This document shows positions 30,100-41,001 of a DNA stretch of 64,000 nucleotides, one piece after another. The translations under genes were made by a program, and so were the position numbers. Source of the DNA: Andalucia godoyi And28 (Eukaryota; Protista; Jakobida). The stretch is taken from the NCBI GenBank assembly GCA_009859145.1, contig VRVR01000009.1, forward strand, positions 124,001 to 188,000, written 5' to 3'. The number at the start of each line of letters is the position of its first letter. Position 1 is the stretch's first letter. The notes beneath the pieces were generated by a model. It made no database searches. It had not been told where the DNA came from and was given only the letters and a program-made list of their open reading frames with translations.

Positions 30100-31251
30100 C
30101 TACCTTTTCTTCTTATCTGATCGGACGCCAACACGACGATTTCGAGAGGACCCTTTCACTTCCGCATCTATGGAGACGGCGGTTTCTTGTGATGCAGCTG
30201 CTTCTAGTGGACGAATGCCTCGCGAATACTTGGTAAGAGGCCAAAACACTTCACGAAAATTCGACAACCATCCTCGATCGTATGCATTTCGCAACTGCTG
30301 TTTGAGGACCGAGTCATGCGCAGTTGCTTTGTAAAGAGAGGACCACTTATATGTCTCGTTTGTAGTGGTCCCCGCACGGATTAGCCACATATGATAGGAT
30401 GCAAACACAAAGAGAACAACCGAAAAAATGGCAAGAGCGAAAAACAAGAAGAAGGCCACGGCATTCTCAGACAGCACGTATTGCAAGACAATCAAGTTTG
30501 AAGATGGGATCGCTTCTCCCGTTGCTGCAGAAACAAATGACACGTCAAACAATCTGCGCTGGACGCAATTTCCATACAGCGCCATAAAAACAACATATGC
30601 CCCATACACACACAAGCCACTGTGAAAGTAGAGAAAGAGGATAAACCAACGAAGGTTGTTTTCACCAATTGTATTAAAAAACCAAGGGCAATAGTGGTCG
30701 TAACGAGACACGCACCGACCAATGAACTTGCAGTGCTTAGAACGGGCAGGCTTCGGCAGTTTGCAAGTCGGGCAGATCGCACCGGGACCGTACAGAATGC
30801 CGTCATAAGGGTAGTTCTTCATAATCCGAGAAACATTCTCCGCCGTTACTACGCCAGGGTTCGACATGACAATAAGAAGGAACAGATTGAAACCGACCGC
30901 ACAAGCACAGGGAGTAAAGACGATGTGTAGCGACGAAATCGACGGATTGGGAATCAAGGGTTGTGCCGAATACACAAAAGCGAAATATCCAGTTGCAATG
31001 AGCATGTTATAGACAATTGCCATCAACGGATTTCTTCGATTCAGCACCCAGTCTTCAAGAGAATCATACCGCTTTGCTCCCCGTCTCCCCCCTAGACAAC
31101 GAAAGGCAAACCGAAGTCCTGAAGATGGAATTCGATTCATCATGTCATATGCGGAGCCAACCCAGTCTCCATCGTGATCCTCAGAACCACCCACAAGGAG
31201 AATGTACACCAGAAATCCACCCGCTAAAAGAGTAAAGACGAAGAACAGCAT
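30100..31251 (-). CDS. DHHC-family palmitoyltransferase (Swf1/ZDHHC4-like), DHYC variant
   Basis: CPTCKLPKPARSKHC...CVSRYDHYCPW..NTIGENN and TTNETYKW (TTxE motif), four TMs. Confidence 0.92.
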   Translation of the reverse strand: MLFFVFTLLAGGFLVYILLVGGSEDHDGDWVGSAYDMMNRIPSSGLRFAFRCLGGRRGAKRYDSLEDWVLNRRNPLMAIVYNMLIATGYFAFVYSAQPLIPNPSISSLHIVFTPCACAVGFNLFLLIVMSNPGVVTAENVSRIMKNYPYDGILYGPGAICPTCKLPKPARSKHCKFIGRCVSRYDHYCPWFFNTIGENNLRWFILFLYFHSGLCVYGAYVVFMALYGNCVQRRLFDVSFVSAATGEAIPSSNLIVLQYVLSENAVAFFLFFALAIFSVVLFVFASYHMWLIRAGTTTNETYKWSSLYKATAHDSVLKQQLRNAYDRGWLSNFREVFWPLTKYSRGIRPLEAAASQETAVSIDAEVKGSSRNRRVGVRSDKKKR

Positions 31252-31441
31252 TGCACCTTATATGCAGAATTGCTGGTTGTGCTAGTCTGCGTGGACAAGT
31301 TGAAAAACAAAAAATCAAATATCAAACAAGGACCTTTCAAGGATGTTGCTGTGCGCGCATTTGCAGCCCTTTTCGGATCATGCATCACTTGATACCAACA
31401 GTTGCACATTTCGTGCCTGCAGCACAAGTGGCAAATCCTTG

Positions 31442-32058
31442 CATCGACTCAGCTGCCGCCGAAGACACATCCAAGCCATATGTCTTTTTGTTTTTTAATT
31501 TGGAGGCGAGCACCAACTCTTCAATGCAGATTGCTTTGCATCAAAGGGCCATCGCAACCAACCTATTCCCCAATCGATTCAACATCCAAAAAATGAACGT
31601 TGGAGGAAAACAGAATCTGGTGGGCGCTGTCACACATCACGCCTGATGACGCTTTTGCCTTTGCTCCTTCTTGCTCTGTGACTTGAAAGCGCATTCCGAA
31701 CGCAAATCGATCACTTCTTCGTGATTTGATGATCATCAGCTTGCTCAGCAAGTTGCGACGAGCGGGGAATCAACGGCTTCCTTGGTTCTCAGTGTCTTCG
31801 AGCATGGCCGCATTTGCATTCGTTGGGAAGATCCCACTTTGGAGTCATGAGATGTTTTGGCATTGATGAAAGGTGCTGCTTGATAGTTCGATTATAAAAA
31901 AACAAACTAACAGAACATAAGAGAACGAAAAAAAAGGGAAAGAATGAATGAAATTCTGGACTTGACTACGGTAAGAAGACCGCGTCTCTCATAGGGTTAG
32001 ATAAAAAACCCTCCGGTATGATGTTGTTTGATGCTAATGCCCAAAACGGTCAACCGTT
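31442..32058 (-). repeat. Dispersed repeat family, copy C (longest, inverted)
   Basis: Reverse complement contains all blocks of copies A and B in the same order, plus about 200 bp of extra internal sequence. Confidence 0.9.
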
Positions 32059-32216
32059 GTTTTTGCGTTTTCAAAAAATGCAGGGCAAATATGCCTATGG
32101 ATTTCGTGGTCCGTTATCCGAACAAAAAAAATATTTCCGACTTTTAAAAAACAAGCAAACAAACATCGAAGCACACCGTCTTGTATTCCGCATAATTCTT
32201 AATCGCTGATCTCATC

Positions 32217-34031
32217 ATGGAGGGTGGAGTATCTGAATATAACAGGATGTTTGACTTGTCAGACCGTCTGCGACGGTTGCAAGCAAACCTTGAAGAAGCG
32301 GAATCGATTCTGCACAAACCCACGACATCCGATGGATCGTCGTTTGCGCAATACGAGTCCTCGGGAGTCCCTTCTTCAACGAGTCACAATTTTGAGTCTC
32401 TGCCCTATACTCAGCAGGAGCACGAGCAAGCCCGGGATCGGCATCCTGGCAGCAACAGTGCGGTTGGCATCCAGTCTTTGGGGACGCATTCCAATGGGTA
32501 CTCGGAAGGCAATTATGCTGCCGAAGCACTTCCCCAGGAACCTTTGCCCTCCGATCTTCCGACGTTCGATGCATCTGAAAGTTACGGCGCCGCCTTGCAT
32601 GAGCGCCACGCTACATCGGACCGAAAGTTGACCGGCGGTACCGCCGAGAAGAATTTCAGTCAGAGTGGCCGCTCCATGAATTTTGATAGCCAATCCATGT
32701 TGCCGTTTCATGAGAGATTGCGGCTCTGGCAAGTCCAAAAGGATCGTCAGAGGGACCAGCGTCATCGAGATGTCCAGCAGCAAGAACTTGAAGGATGTAC
32801 TTTTCGACCACGAATCAACCCGAATTCGCAAAGTCTTTTGCAAGAGAAGCGCGACCACGGCGAGAACATCGCGATGCAGATGTCTTCGAGGAAATCAAGG
32901 ATCCAAGAAGAAATTCGAAGACAAGAAGAGGAAGAATTCCGGAAGTCCTGTACGTTTCGGCCTCATTTAGTGGAAACCAAGATTACAAAGCAAGCGAAGC
33001 CTCGTTACATGTCACCCGGAACGGGGCACGCTGACGGTCGTTCCTCCCAGTCTGCACGTTCTCCCCCGTCGTTGTTTGGAAGCCATCGGAGCGCGTCGTC
33101 GATGTTTGATGGAGATGGAAACGTTGACTTTGGAACCAGCTCCAGTTCTCGAAGTCGTTCCGGGGCGCGAGCCAGTGGAACGGACTGTACCTTCACTCCT
33201 CAAATCAATAAGCCGAAAGGAAAACATGTCTCGCAATATCTTGAGCAGCCAGCGTTTTTGCGTCTTTCCAGGCCTTCTTCTGCGCCACCAAAAAGACCAG
33301 TGCAAAATGAGGCTCGTGATGCCAATTGCGAAAGTCCAAGTGACCAGGATGGTTCTCCAAAACCGGCTTTCGAGGAATTCCTGGAGAGACAGCGTGCCCA
33401 TACGAAGCACCAACAAGAGAAAGTTGAGCTTATGAGGTCTATGAAATCAGAAACATTCCAACCGTCAATTAGCAAAAAGAGTGTCGAGATCCTCCAGAAA
33501 TCTGGTATGGGCGATTTCTTTCGTCGACAGCAAAGGAACGCGGAGTCAAAGGCCCCAGTTTCTGGGGTGCCAGAGAATTCTAGTGCCCCAGACATAACAT
33601 TCCAACCCAGAATTAATCCACAGTCTGCCAAACTCAGGTCACGTACTGTGGACGAACTTTGCTATGGAGACATGATGCGAAAGCAAGCGCAGATGGAAGC
33701 CATGAAGATGATGGCGGAGCAGAAGGAGTTGGAGAATTTAACATTTCGACCAGCCTTAGCAAATTCCAAAGTGAACGAAAGAAGCAAAAGTCGTCTTCGA
33801 GTCCTGTCAGAGCCGGAGTCGTATACGCAACGACTCCGCGAAGAACAACGGGCTCGGCAACAAAAATTCGAAACTGCACAAAGAGAACGGGAATTGTCAG
33901 AATTGTCCAGCTGCACCTTTCGACCTGAGATTCATGACGCACCGGACTATGTGAAGCGCATCGCTCGTTCCATGGCGATTGTCAAAGGTCAGAAGTCAAA
34001 ATCGCCGACCTCGGAAAAGGAATGGAGGTAA
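32217..34031 (+). CDS. Coiled-coil protein with seven (C/I/L/E)TFxPxI repeats; probable cytoskeletal or basal-body protein
   Basis: Repeats GCTFRPRIN, SCTFRPHL, DCTFTPQIN, ETFQPSIS, ITFQPRIN, LTFRPAL, SCTFRPEI separated by charged helices. Confidence 0.8.
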   Translation: MEGGVSEYNRMFDLSDRLRRLQANLEEAESILHKPTTSDGSSFAQYESSGVPSSTSHNFESLPYTQQEHEQARDRHPGSNSAVGIQSLGTHSNGYSEGNYAAEALPQEPLPSDLPTFDASESYGAALHERHATSDRKLTGGTAEKNFSQSGRSMNFDSQSMLPFHERLRLWQVQKDRQRDQRHRDVQQQELEGCTFRPRINPNSQSLLQEKRDHGENIAMQMSSRKSRIQEEIRRQEEEEFRKSCTFRPHLVETKITKQAKPRYMSPGTGHADGRSSQSARSPPSLFGSHRSASSMFDGDGNVDFGTSSSSRSRSGARASGTDCTFTPQINKPKGKHVSQYLEQPAFLRLSRPSSAPPKRPVQNEARDANCESPSDQDGSPKPAFEEFLERQRAHTKHQQEKVELMRSMKSETFQPSISKKSVEILQKSGMGDFFRRQQRNAESKAPVSGVPENSSAPDITFQPRINPQSAKLRSRTVDELCYGDMMRKQAQMEAMKMMAEQKELENLTFRPALANSKVNERSKSRLRVLSEPESYTQRLREEQRARQQKFETAQRERELSELSSCTFRPEIHDAPDYVKRIARSMAIVKGQKSKSPTSEKEWR

Positions 34032-34361
34032 TTCTGTAATGTTGCTTTTCTTCGCCCTTTCTATCTTATTGTCGCTACTACTACTACAAAGGTTCTATCA
34101 CGACTGCTATAATGTATCTCGTGCAGATGGGCTGCAACGTAAATCTTTACAACCTTCGAAGGGTGATTCGACCAGGCAGCGCGCGATCAAAGCCAGCGTA
34201 TACGCAGCATGCAGCAAAATATCGCAATCATTTCAGATGGCATTCGGTAACCCTGCAGGGGTCAGTGCGATGCTCCACAAACAATCACTGCACGTATTCA
34301 CCAAAGGCATGCGGTGAGCAATATCGGTAAAAACGACACAGCACAACACCAACAACTCCTC

Positions 34362-35546
34362 TTACATGTGATACCAACCCTCAATTACCACTACAACCCA
34401 AGATCCCAGCAACAACGCACCTCTTGCAAGATCCATGGATGCGTAGTAGGACACATCGCTTTCCAACACAACGGAAGACTTAGATGAGCGATTTGCATAT
34501 TCAACTTTCTCGACAATTTCCGATAGGGCAATTGTAATGCATAAAGGCACAGTAAGCAGTAAAATACAAATGCACCATCGCCAGCGGTTCTTGAAGAAAT
34601 GCATGCAATGCAGAACGATGGTGTTGCAAGCCATCAAAAGGGACATGTAAATCATCTGCAATGTGTACGCAATCTTCACAAAGAACACCATGAACGATGC
34701 AAAATTCAATGTCCCGTATCGGACCAAGATTGAGAATATAGAAATCCCAGAAAGGGCTCCCAAAAATAGTACGAGACAGCAAAACAAAAGTCGTGTGCAC
34801 AATTGCATGATCCGCGGATAAGATTCTACCGGAGTTCCAGTAATCTTATCCATATCTGCAGACGAATTGTTATTCATAGACGCTTTGAATTCGTCGTATT
34901 GCCCAGCGTCAAACTTGCGGAAATTCCCGTTCACCGGCTGTTCCACAAATACTGTATTTTGCTTCCGTGAAAGCGTGAAGGATTCCAGAGGATTGGAACT
35001 TCCTGCAGCCATTGTCGAAGATCGGATCGATTCACCAGACATTCCGCCAGAGCCAGACCCCGTGGCTTTTGCATTCACATTCAGTTGCGGTTCCTTCTCC
35101 TCATCCGAGTCGTTCACATGCATGTCCGCGCTGAGCTGTGGATCCGATTGCAGAGGCAAACTTGCGAGAACTGACACAGGACGCTCCCTTTCATTTCCAC
35201 GACTCTCTCTCACATCTGCGGAGGCCTTGGCTCGAGGTTGCGCAGAGGGAGTTTCAGAGTCGTCAGACAGTACATTGCTCTCCGAATTTGGAGTCTCGAC
35301 AGTTGCTGCGGGTTCCTTGACTACCTTTCTCTTCTTGACAATAATTTTCTTCCTTCTTGCCGGCTGCGCTTCACCACTAGAATTTTCAGTGATTCGAGGA
35401 TCTCTATCGACTCGATCTGCGTCCCCACCCGAAGTCGAACTTGTTCCGGACACTGGAGCAGCCTGCGGATCCTCTTCAATCGGCGGCAGACGACTCGTTC
35501 GCCTCTTTTGCCCTGTATTAGAACTTAGGTTCGAATTCTCCATCAT
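34362..35546 (-). CDS. Membrane protein with disordered N-terminus and 4 C-terminal TMs, TMEM237-like (ciliary transition zone)
   Basis: ORF 394 aa; FLGALSGISIFSILVRY..FVKIAYTLQMIYMSLL resembles the TMEM237 TM pattern. The family call is tentative. Confidence 0.55.
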   Translation of the reverse strand: MMENSNLSSNTGQKRRTSRLPPIEEDPQAAPVSGTSSTSGGDADRVDRDPRITENSSGEAQPARRKKIIVKKRKVVKEPAATVETPNSESNVLSDDSETPSAQPRAKASADVRESRGNERERPVSVLASLPLQSDPQLSADMHVNDSDEEKEPQLNVNAKATGSGSGGMSGESIRSSTMAAGSSNPLESFTLSRKQNTVFVEQPVNGNFRKFDAGQYDEFKASMNNNSSADMDKITGTPVESYPRIMQLCTRLLFCCLVLFLGALSGISIFSILVRYGTLNFASFMVFFVKIAYTLQMIYMSLLMACNTIVLHCMHFFKNRWRWCICILLLTVPLCITIALSEIVEKVEYANRSSKSSVVLESDVSYYASMDLARGALLLGSWVVVVIEGWYHM

Positions 35547-36306
35547 GCTGAATTAACTAAAAAGAAGGCAGTATTCAATCAAATCGCCGAGAGAAAAAAA
35601 TAAATAAAAACGAGACGGGGAAAAAAGAAAAAAGAAAAAAGAAAAAAAGATCTAAAAGAAAAGAGGATTTGCCAATCTGGAGCTCGTTTCTGAGAGTCTT
35701 TCTGGCGTTTTTTTTCCAAAGTGAAATCTCATCAAAGAAAGAATTAGAAATAATAATAATAAAAATAATAACAATAACAATAAGAAAAAGAATTCGAAAA
35801 TCGCCCGATTCTCCCAAACTTAACGACTTTGAACTTGAAATGCTCGACTCCCGTCCTATTTCTCACACTACGACCTGCTCAATGCTGTCCTCGGATCTTA
35901 TTCTTTTTCTCTCCTTCCCGCCAGCCGTTCCTATTTGAACTTCGCGAACACGTTTCATGTGACGAGAATACATGCCTTGACAATCGAGATTAGGTTCTGA
36001 TTTTGCCTTCTTGCTTGCATGGTTGCGCGTTCAGCAGAACAGCCGGTGTCGTGCAGGAGCAGTGGACAGCCACGCGCATTGTCAAGACGGGGAGCCATCG
36101 CTGCAGACAGTCCTACTGTGAGCACGATGCACATTGACGGCGCCATGGGGTGGTGATTTCTTGTTATTTCAAGGCAAGAGTTCCCTGTTCTTTACTTTCA
36201 TCCGGTCGTGGAGAACAACATCATTCGTTATAAATACGCATTGAAATTGGAGCATAAACACGAAACACAAACATGAACGCAAGCAACAAAACAAGCAGAA
36301 CACCGC

Positions 36307-39300
36307 CTAGATTTTGAACCGGTCATCCGAAATGTTAGACGGACCATTGAGAATACCAATGACGGTCATGTCTTGAATCAGTTCAAAATCATCCGGAATG
36401 AGCGAATCTAGAAGCTTGGGGGTAAAAATGAAATATTGCGGATTCAGTCCATCGCTCCGACACGATAGAAGGATCTGAACAAACACATTGCGCTCATTGT
36501 TCGGATCCATGCCTTGGTTGATCTCGTCGACAACTCGGATCGGCGACAGTGACAAGTTCTGCAGCGAAAGAAGGTACAGCATTGTCGACACAGACTTCTC
36601 TCCTCCAGATTGTTCGAAGGCAGAAAGAACGTGCAGCTCGTCCATTTTCCGAAATCCAACTCGCACCTCGACTCTCCACTGATCATAGTCTGCATGCTCA
36701 ACCAAGGCGACTTCTCCAGCAAAACCCATGCCTTTTGCCAAGTTTCTAAAGGAAACATCGACTCTTTCGACTGCTCTTCTGAGAGGAACAGACCACCGTC
36801 GGCACAATTCTGCAACCTCGGTAAGTTTTCTTGCAACCTGCGTCTTGAAGCTCTCCACTGACGCTTGTAGTTCCGTTTGTCGAACGACCAATTTTTCGTA
36901 GTCCGCAAGAACCGATGAATGCACTAGAATAATGCTGGATTCCGACTCCTTGGCGGACAGCAGAGTCTCCAAATCAGGAAGAGAAGAGGGAAGTTCATCC
37001 AATCGTGCTTGAATTGTTTCCGGAGTCAATGCATGCAAAATACCAGACTCATGAAGCAATTCCGATTCCATCTTGTTCGCATCCTCGCTGACACGCCGAA
37101 CTTCTCGCCGTTTTTCATCAATCTCAGACTGTACCTGTTGGACTTCCTGCTCCAGTCGACGGTGATCGTCGCGGCTACTCTCAATTGTCTTGACAAACTG
37201 CGTCGCACACGCAGTCGCAGATTTCCTCAAGATCGCAGATGATACCCAGTTAAACAAGCTGTAAGTTGCAGAATCGACAACAGACGATAAACTGCTCATG
37301 CTCGAATGATAGATCTGAAATGCATTGGGAATCCTGGCAAGAGCATCCTCCATCCTTCTATTAGACAACTCCAGCCTCTGCTCAGCACTCTGCTTCGTTC
37401 TCCGGAACTGGGAAATGGAGCGTTGTGTATCACTTACTTCTCGTGTTTCTCTTACAATGGAATCTCTCTGGGCCTGCAATCTACGCATCGACTCTCTATG
37501 ATCCGCGATTTGCTGTTCAGCAGAATGACACGACGCTTCCAGATTTTGAATGTCTTGCTGAAGTGTCGCCTTTTCCCGTTCTTGTTCCGCCGTCTCAATC
37601 GGAGATTCTCCAGCAGGTTCTGGATCAAAAATTGTACGACTATTGAGATTCACCGTGGACTGCGAAACTGAGTTACTGCCGTATATCGAAGTTCGGAACG
37701 ACACGTATTGGGTAGGCGTCAAGAAATCGAACGATAAATCGCCCCTGAATCGCTCGGTATCCCTGCTCCCGGCAGCAATGCGGAACAAACGCCCGTCATC
37801 ACAAAGAAATGCCTTGACAAGCGGCGGTGCAGAAAACGTTTGGTCCATCCAGTGAGTCACTCCTTTCGGGTGAAGGGCTGAAATTTTAGCCGGGCGTCTT
37901 TCATAGTTGGCAGGGAAAATAGCTTCATCATCTCGCCCAAACGCTTCCAGTCGGTTCGTGGAAGCGAAAAAGGCATCTTCCTCTTGCGAAAGCTCGCGAA
38001 AATACACATCACAATTGAAATGCTGTGCAAGCGCTTCACGCACGATCATATCCTTATCTGCACGTACGGAACAAACAAAGGCGCCAAACACGGAGGAAGG
38101 CAAGACGTTGGACAAGTAAACGCCATGCAAAGGATTGAGACATTGGATCTCGAGTGGCGTCAGAAACACCTTTCCCACAAGAAGCCTTTTGTTGCGCAAA
38201 TCATTGACCATGTCAAACACAGACCGCAAAAACGGTTTCCACTGAAACAAGCTGTTCAATCTTCTCGTCTGTGTGTCTTGTACCTGACGAGCCCGAGACG
38301 TAATGATTCCGATTCGACGACGCCTGTCAGACATTCTCTCGCGATTCTGGGTCACCGTTTCCTGAATGGAGCTGATTTGAGATTCCAAACTGCTGCACTC
38401 TTGGCTAATGCTGGCCAGGCGTGACGTAGACTCTTCCATTGTCAATACACTTTCTGATCGTTGCAACTGCGAGATGCGTGTTTCCAAACGAACGATGTTT
38501 TGAGATGCGTTGGTAATTTGTTGGGAGAGTTGTCGAATGGCAGCCTTTTCCGTTCCAAAGGCTTCTATTGCATTTTCACAATCCACAGCTTTCGTATCCA
38601 AGTTTCCTTGCCGGTCCCTGAAGGATACAAGGTCCGCTTCGAGAGCCTTTTCGCAATCCGAAAACTGCGTAGAAAAAGTACCGGCAAAACCTCGAACACA
38701 CTCCAATCGATCTTGGAAAGGCCGCTCAGTCTGTCGACAAGATTCAAGATCTCGTACAAGTTTCTGCCGTTTTCTTCTCAATTCTTGTAAATCATCGGTT
38801 GTCTTCAAAACCGACAGCTTGAGAATTCGAAGTTGAATAAGCTTGCAGTCTCGCAACAAAGACTGCCTATGCAAAAATCGCTCCCGGTCTCGTTCTGCAT
38901 CCGTCAGCCGCAGTAAGAGTTGTTCTAGTTCCTGGCTTTGCGATGCAAGTCGATGTTCCAATTCGTTTGTTTCCTTCTTTTTTGAAATCAAGTTTGCATG
39001 AAGTGCTGCATGTGCGTCTCCCATCACAGCAACCTGGGTTACGTCAAGAACCTCTCTCGGTGAGAGAGAGGCAAATTCTGCAACACGTTCCTGCGGGAGA
39101 AATTGAGTCAAGTTAGAAAGTTGAATTCCGTATGACGAAACAACTTCTTTAATCTTTTTCTGCGCAACTTTCTCTCCATTCAGCAAGAAAAAATGATCTG
39201 GCTTGGATGCGCCTTGTTTTGGAAGCGAGATCTGATGCCGAATTCGCGGACCGTCATGCAGCTCAACCTCTACAAAAGCGGAAGATTCCCCCTTTTTCAC

Positions 39301-39510
39301 GTAGTCTTTCATATCGTCAGAGCGGTTCATGAGACTCATTGTACCGTCAAGAACAAAGCATATTGCAGCAACAATCGTAGACTTTCCGCAGCCATTAGGC
39401 GCCGCAACAAGATTCAATCTCGGACCCGGACAAAAGCTTGCATCATCGTACGTCATAAAGTTATGGAACGTGACCTTGCGAATTGCTCCGGGGGCGAATT
39501 GCGTCTCCAT
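36307..39510 (-). CDS. SMC5: Structural maintenance of chromosomes protein 5
   Basis: HNFMTY, PGPRLNLVAAPNGCGKST (Walker A), NLTQFLPQERV, QSGGEKSVSTMLYLLSLQ, RVVDEINQGMDPNNER; ATG at 39510. Confidence 0.95.
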   Translation of the reverse strand: METQFAPGAIRKVTFHNFMTYDDASFCPGPRLNLVAAPNGCGKSTIVAAICFVLDGTMSLMNRSDDMKDYVKKGESSAFVEVELHDGPRIRHQISLPKQGASKPDHFFLLNGEKVAQKKIKEVVSSYGIQLSNLTQFLPQERVAEFASLSPREVLDVTQVAVMGDAHAALHANLISKKKETNELEHRLASQSQELEQLLLRLTDAERDRERFLHRQSLLRDCKLIQLRILKLSVLKTTDDLQELRRKRQKLVRDLESCRQTERPFQDRLECVRGFAGTFSTQFSDCEKALEADLVSFRDRQGNLDTKAVDCENAIEAFGTEKAAIRQLSQQITNASQNIVRLETRISQLQRSESVLTMEESTSRLASISQECSSLESQISSIQETVTQNRERMSDRRRRIGIITSRARQVQDTQTRRLNSLFQWKPFLRSVFDMVNDLRNKRLLVGKVFLTPLEIQCLNPLHGVYLSNVLPSSVFGAFVCSVRADKDMIVREALAQHFNCDVYFRELSQEEDAFFASTNRLEAFGRDDEAIFPANYERRPAKISALHPKGVTHWMDQTFSAPPLVKAFLCDDGRLFRIAAGSRDTERFRGDLSFDFLTPTQYVSFRTSIYGSNSVSQSTVNLNSRTIFDPEPAGESPIETAEQEREKATLQQDIQNLEASCHSAEQQIADHRESMRRLQAQRDSIVRETREVSDTQRSISQFRRTKQSAEQRLELSNRRMEDALARIPNAFQIYHSSMSSLSSVVDSATYSLFNWVSSAILRKSATACATQFVKTIESSRDDHRRLEQEVQQVQSEIDEKRREVRRVSEDANKMESELLHESGILHALTPETIQARLDELPSSLPDLETLLSAKESESSIILVHSSVLADYEKLVVRQTELQASVESFKTQVARKLTEVAELCRRWSVPLRRAVERVDVSFRNLAKGMGFAGEVALVEHADYDQWRVEVRVGFRKMDELHVLSAFEQSGGEKSVSTMLYLLSLQNLSLSPIRVVDEINQGMDPNNERNVFVQILLSCRSDGLNPQYFIFTPKLLDSLIPDDFELIQDMTVIGILNGPSNISDDRFKI

Positions 39511-40030
39511 TTTCTCAAACAGAAGAATGCAGAGAAGAGCCTCAACAACAAGAACAACAGCAATGGATCCTGAAAATGGCAAAGCAAACAAAGCAAACAA
39601 AGCAACAAAAAAATAAATAAGACAAGCTCAATAAAAAAGCAGAGAAAAGCGAAAGGACGGAACGGAAGCGAAGCAAAAATACAGAATGAAAAAGAAAAAA
39701 AAGAAGAAAGAGAACGTTTACTGGCGGGAAAAAACAAAAGACAAGCATACAACGCAAATCACAAAGAGACTGAGTCGGCGACCCGCTCACAGACCTTTGC
39801 ACTGAAAGCGTGGTCGAGTCTTTTTGGCGGGAATGAGGGGTCGTGTGAGTCACGAAAAAACGACCTTTTCCAGCCTTTCTTCCACGCGCGCTCACGGTCG
39901 TGTCTCAAAGCAAAAAAAGAAAAAGAAACCTTTTCTTTTGGTTCCCTCCCATGCATTCTTGCGATTTCGACATCTTTTTCTCTTGTCACCGACTTTCAGC
40001 ATTCTCGACGCGGCAAAAAGATATTTACCG

Positions 40031-40972
40031 ATGGCTCCCAAAAGGAACGTGAAGGATCAGGATTTTGAATCCTCGGACGGTGAAGATCCGACTGCAGCAC
40101 TCGATCCTGCCGGCTCTGGAGACGAGTCTCTTTCTGACGATGCATACGAAGATTCAAGCGAGGAAGAGGAAGTGAAAGTGAAGAAAACCACTCCGAAAGC
40201 GTCGAAGCCAGCGGAAACCTCCAAGCCAGCCGCTGCCAAGCCGAAAGCAAAGGAGGAGAAAGCGGCGGCCCCTGCCAAGAAATCCGACACAAAGAAGTCC
40301 TCGGATGCAGATCCGGCGACTGTCATCGCAGATTATCTGTCGTCGACCAACCGCCCCTACAATGCACAGAACATCTTTGACAATCTGCATGGGTCATTCA
40401 AGAAGCCGCAGATTGAAAAGACCTTGAAGGCGTTGCTCGAATCGGGAAAAATCAGTTCGAAGGACATTGGCAAAAGCTCCATATACTGGGCCCCCCAGGG
40501 TGGCTTGGCAGTGTGCAGCGCGGAAGAAATGGCGGCCATGAACGCCGAGATAGTGGCGCTGCAGGAAGAGTTTCAGAAAACTGATTTTAAGGCAAAAGAA
40601 TTACAAAACTTGCAATCAAGCTTGAATGTTGCGTTCGACAACGCCGCACTTGCCGATGAGATCGCTCGGCTTGAAAAAGAAAACCAAGCGTTTTCCAAGA
40701 GACTGGACAACATCGACACGGAGAGCGCTTCATTTGACCCGGAGGCTAAAAAGAAGATAGATGCCCTATTCTTGTTCGCGCAACAAGAGTACCGAAAACG
40801 TCGTCGACTGTGCAAGGAAAGCATCCAAACTGTGTGCGACATGGTAGGAGAAAAGGCCGATGCACTGATAGAAGATTGGGGCATCGAAACGGACGAGGCT
40901 GCCAACTTCATTGCTCCTTCCAGACCATCGCTTTCAGAGGCTCCACCACCAGCAAAGAGATCCCGAAAATAA
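40031..40972 (+). CDS. HOP2: Meiotic recombination protein Hop2 (TBPIP/PSMC3IP) with an acidic/basic N-terminal extension
   Basis: IADYLSSTNRPYNAQNIFDNLH..KKPQIEKTL..GKISSKDIGKSSIYWAPQ winged helix, then coiled coil and EYRKRRRLCKE. Confidence 0.9.
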   Translation: MAPKRNVKDQDFESSDGEDPTAALDPAGSGDESLSDDAYEDSSEEEEVKVKKTTPKASKPAETSKPAAAKPKAKEEKAAAPAKKSDTKKSSDADPATVIADYLSSTNRPYNAQNIFDNLHGSFKKPQIEKTLKALLESGKISSKDIGKSSIYWAPQGGLAVCSAEEMAAMNAEIVALQEEFQKTDFKAKELQNLQSSLNVAFDNAALADEIARLEKENQAFSKRLDNIDTESASFDPEAKKKIDALFLFAQQEYRKRRRLCKESIQTVCDMVGEKADALIEDWGIETDEAANFIAPSRPSLSEAPPPAKRSRK

Positions 40973-41001
40973 GAGACAATAAAAAAAAAAAAGAACCCTT
41001 T

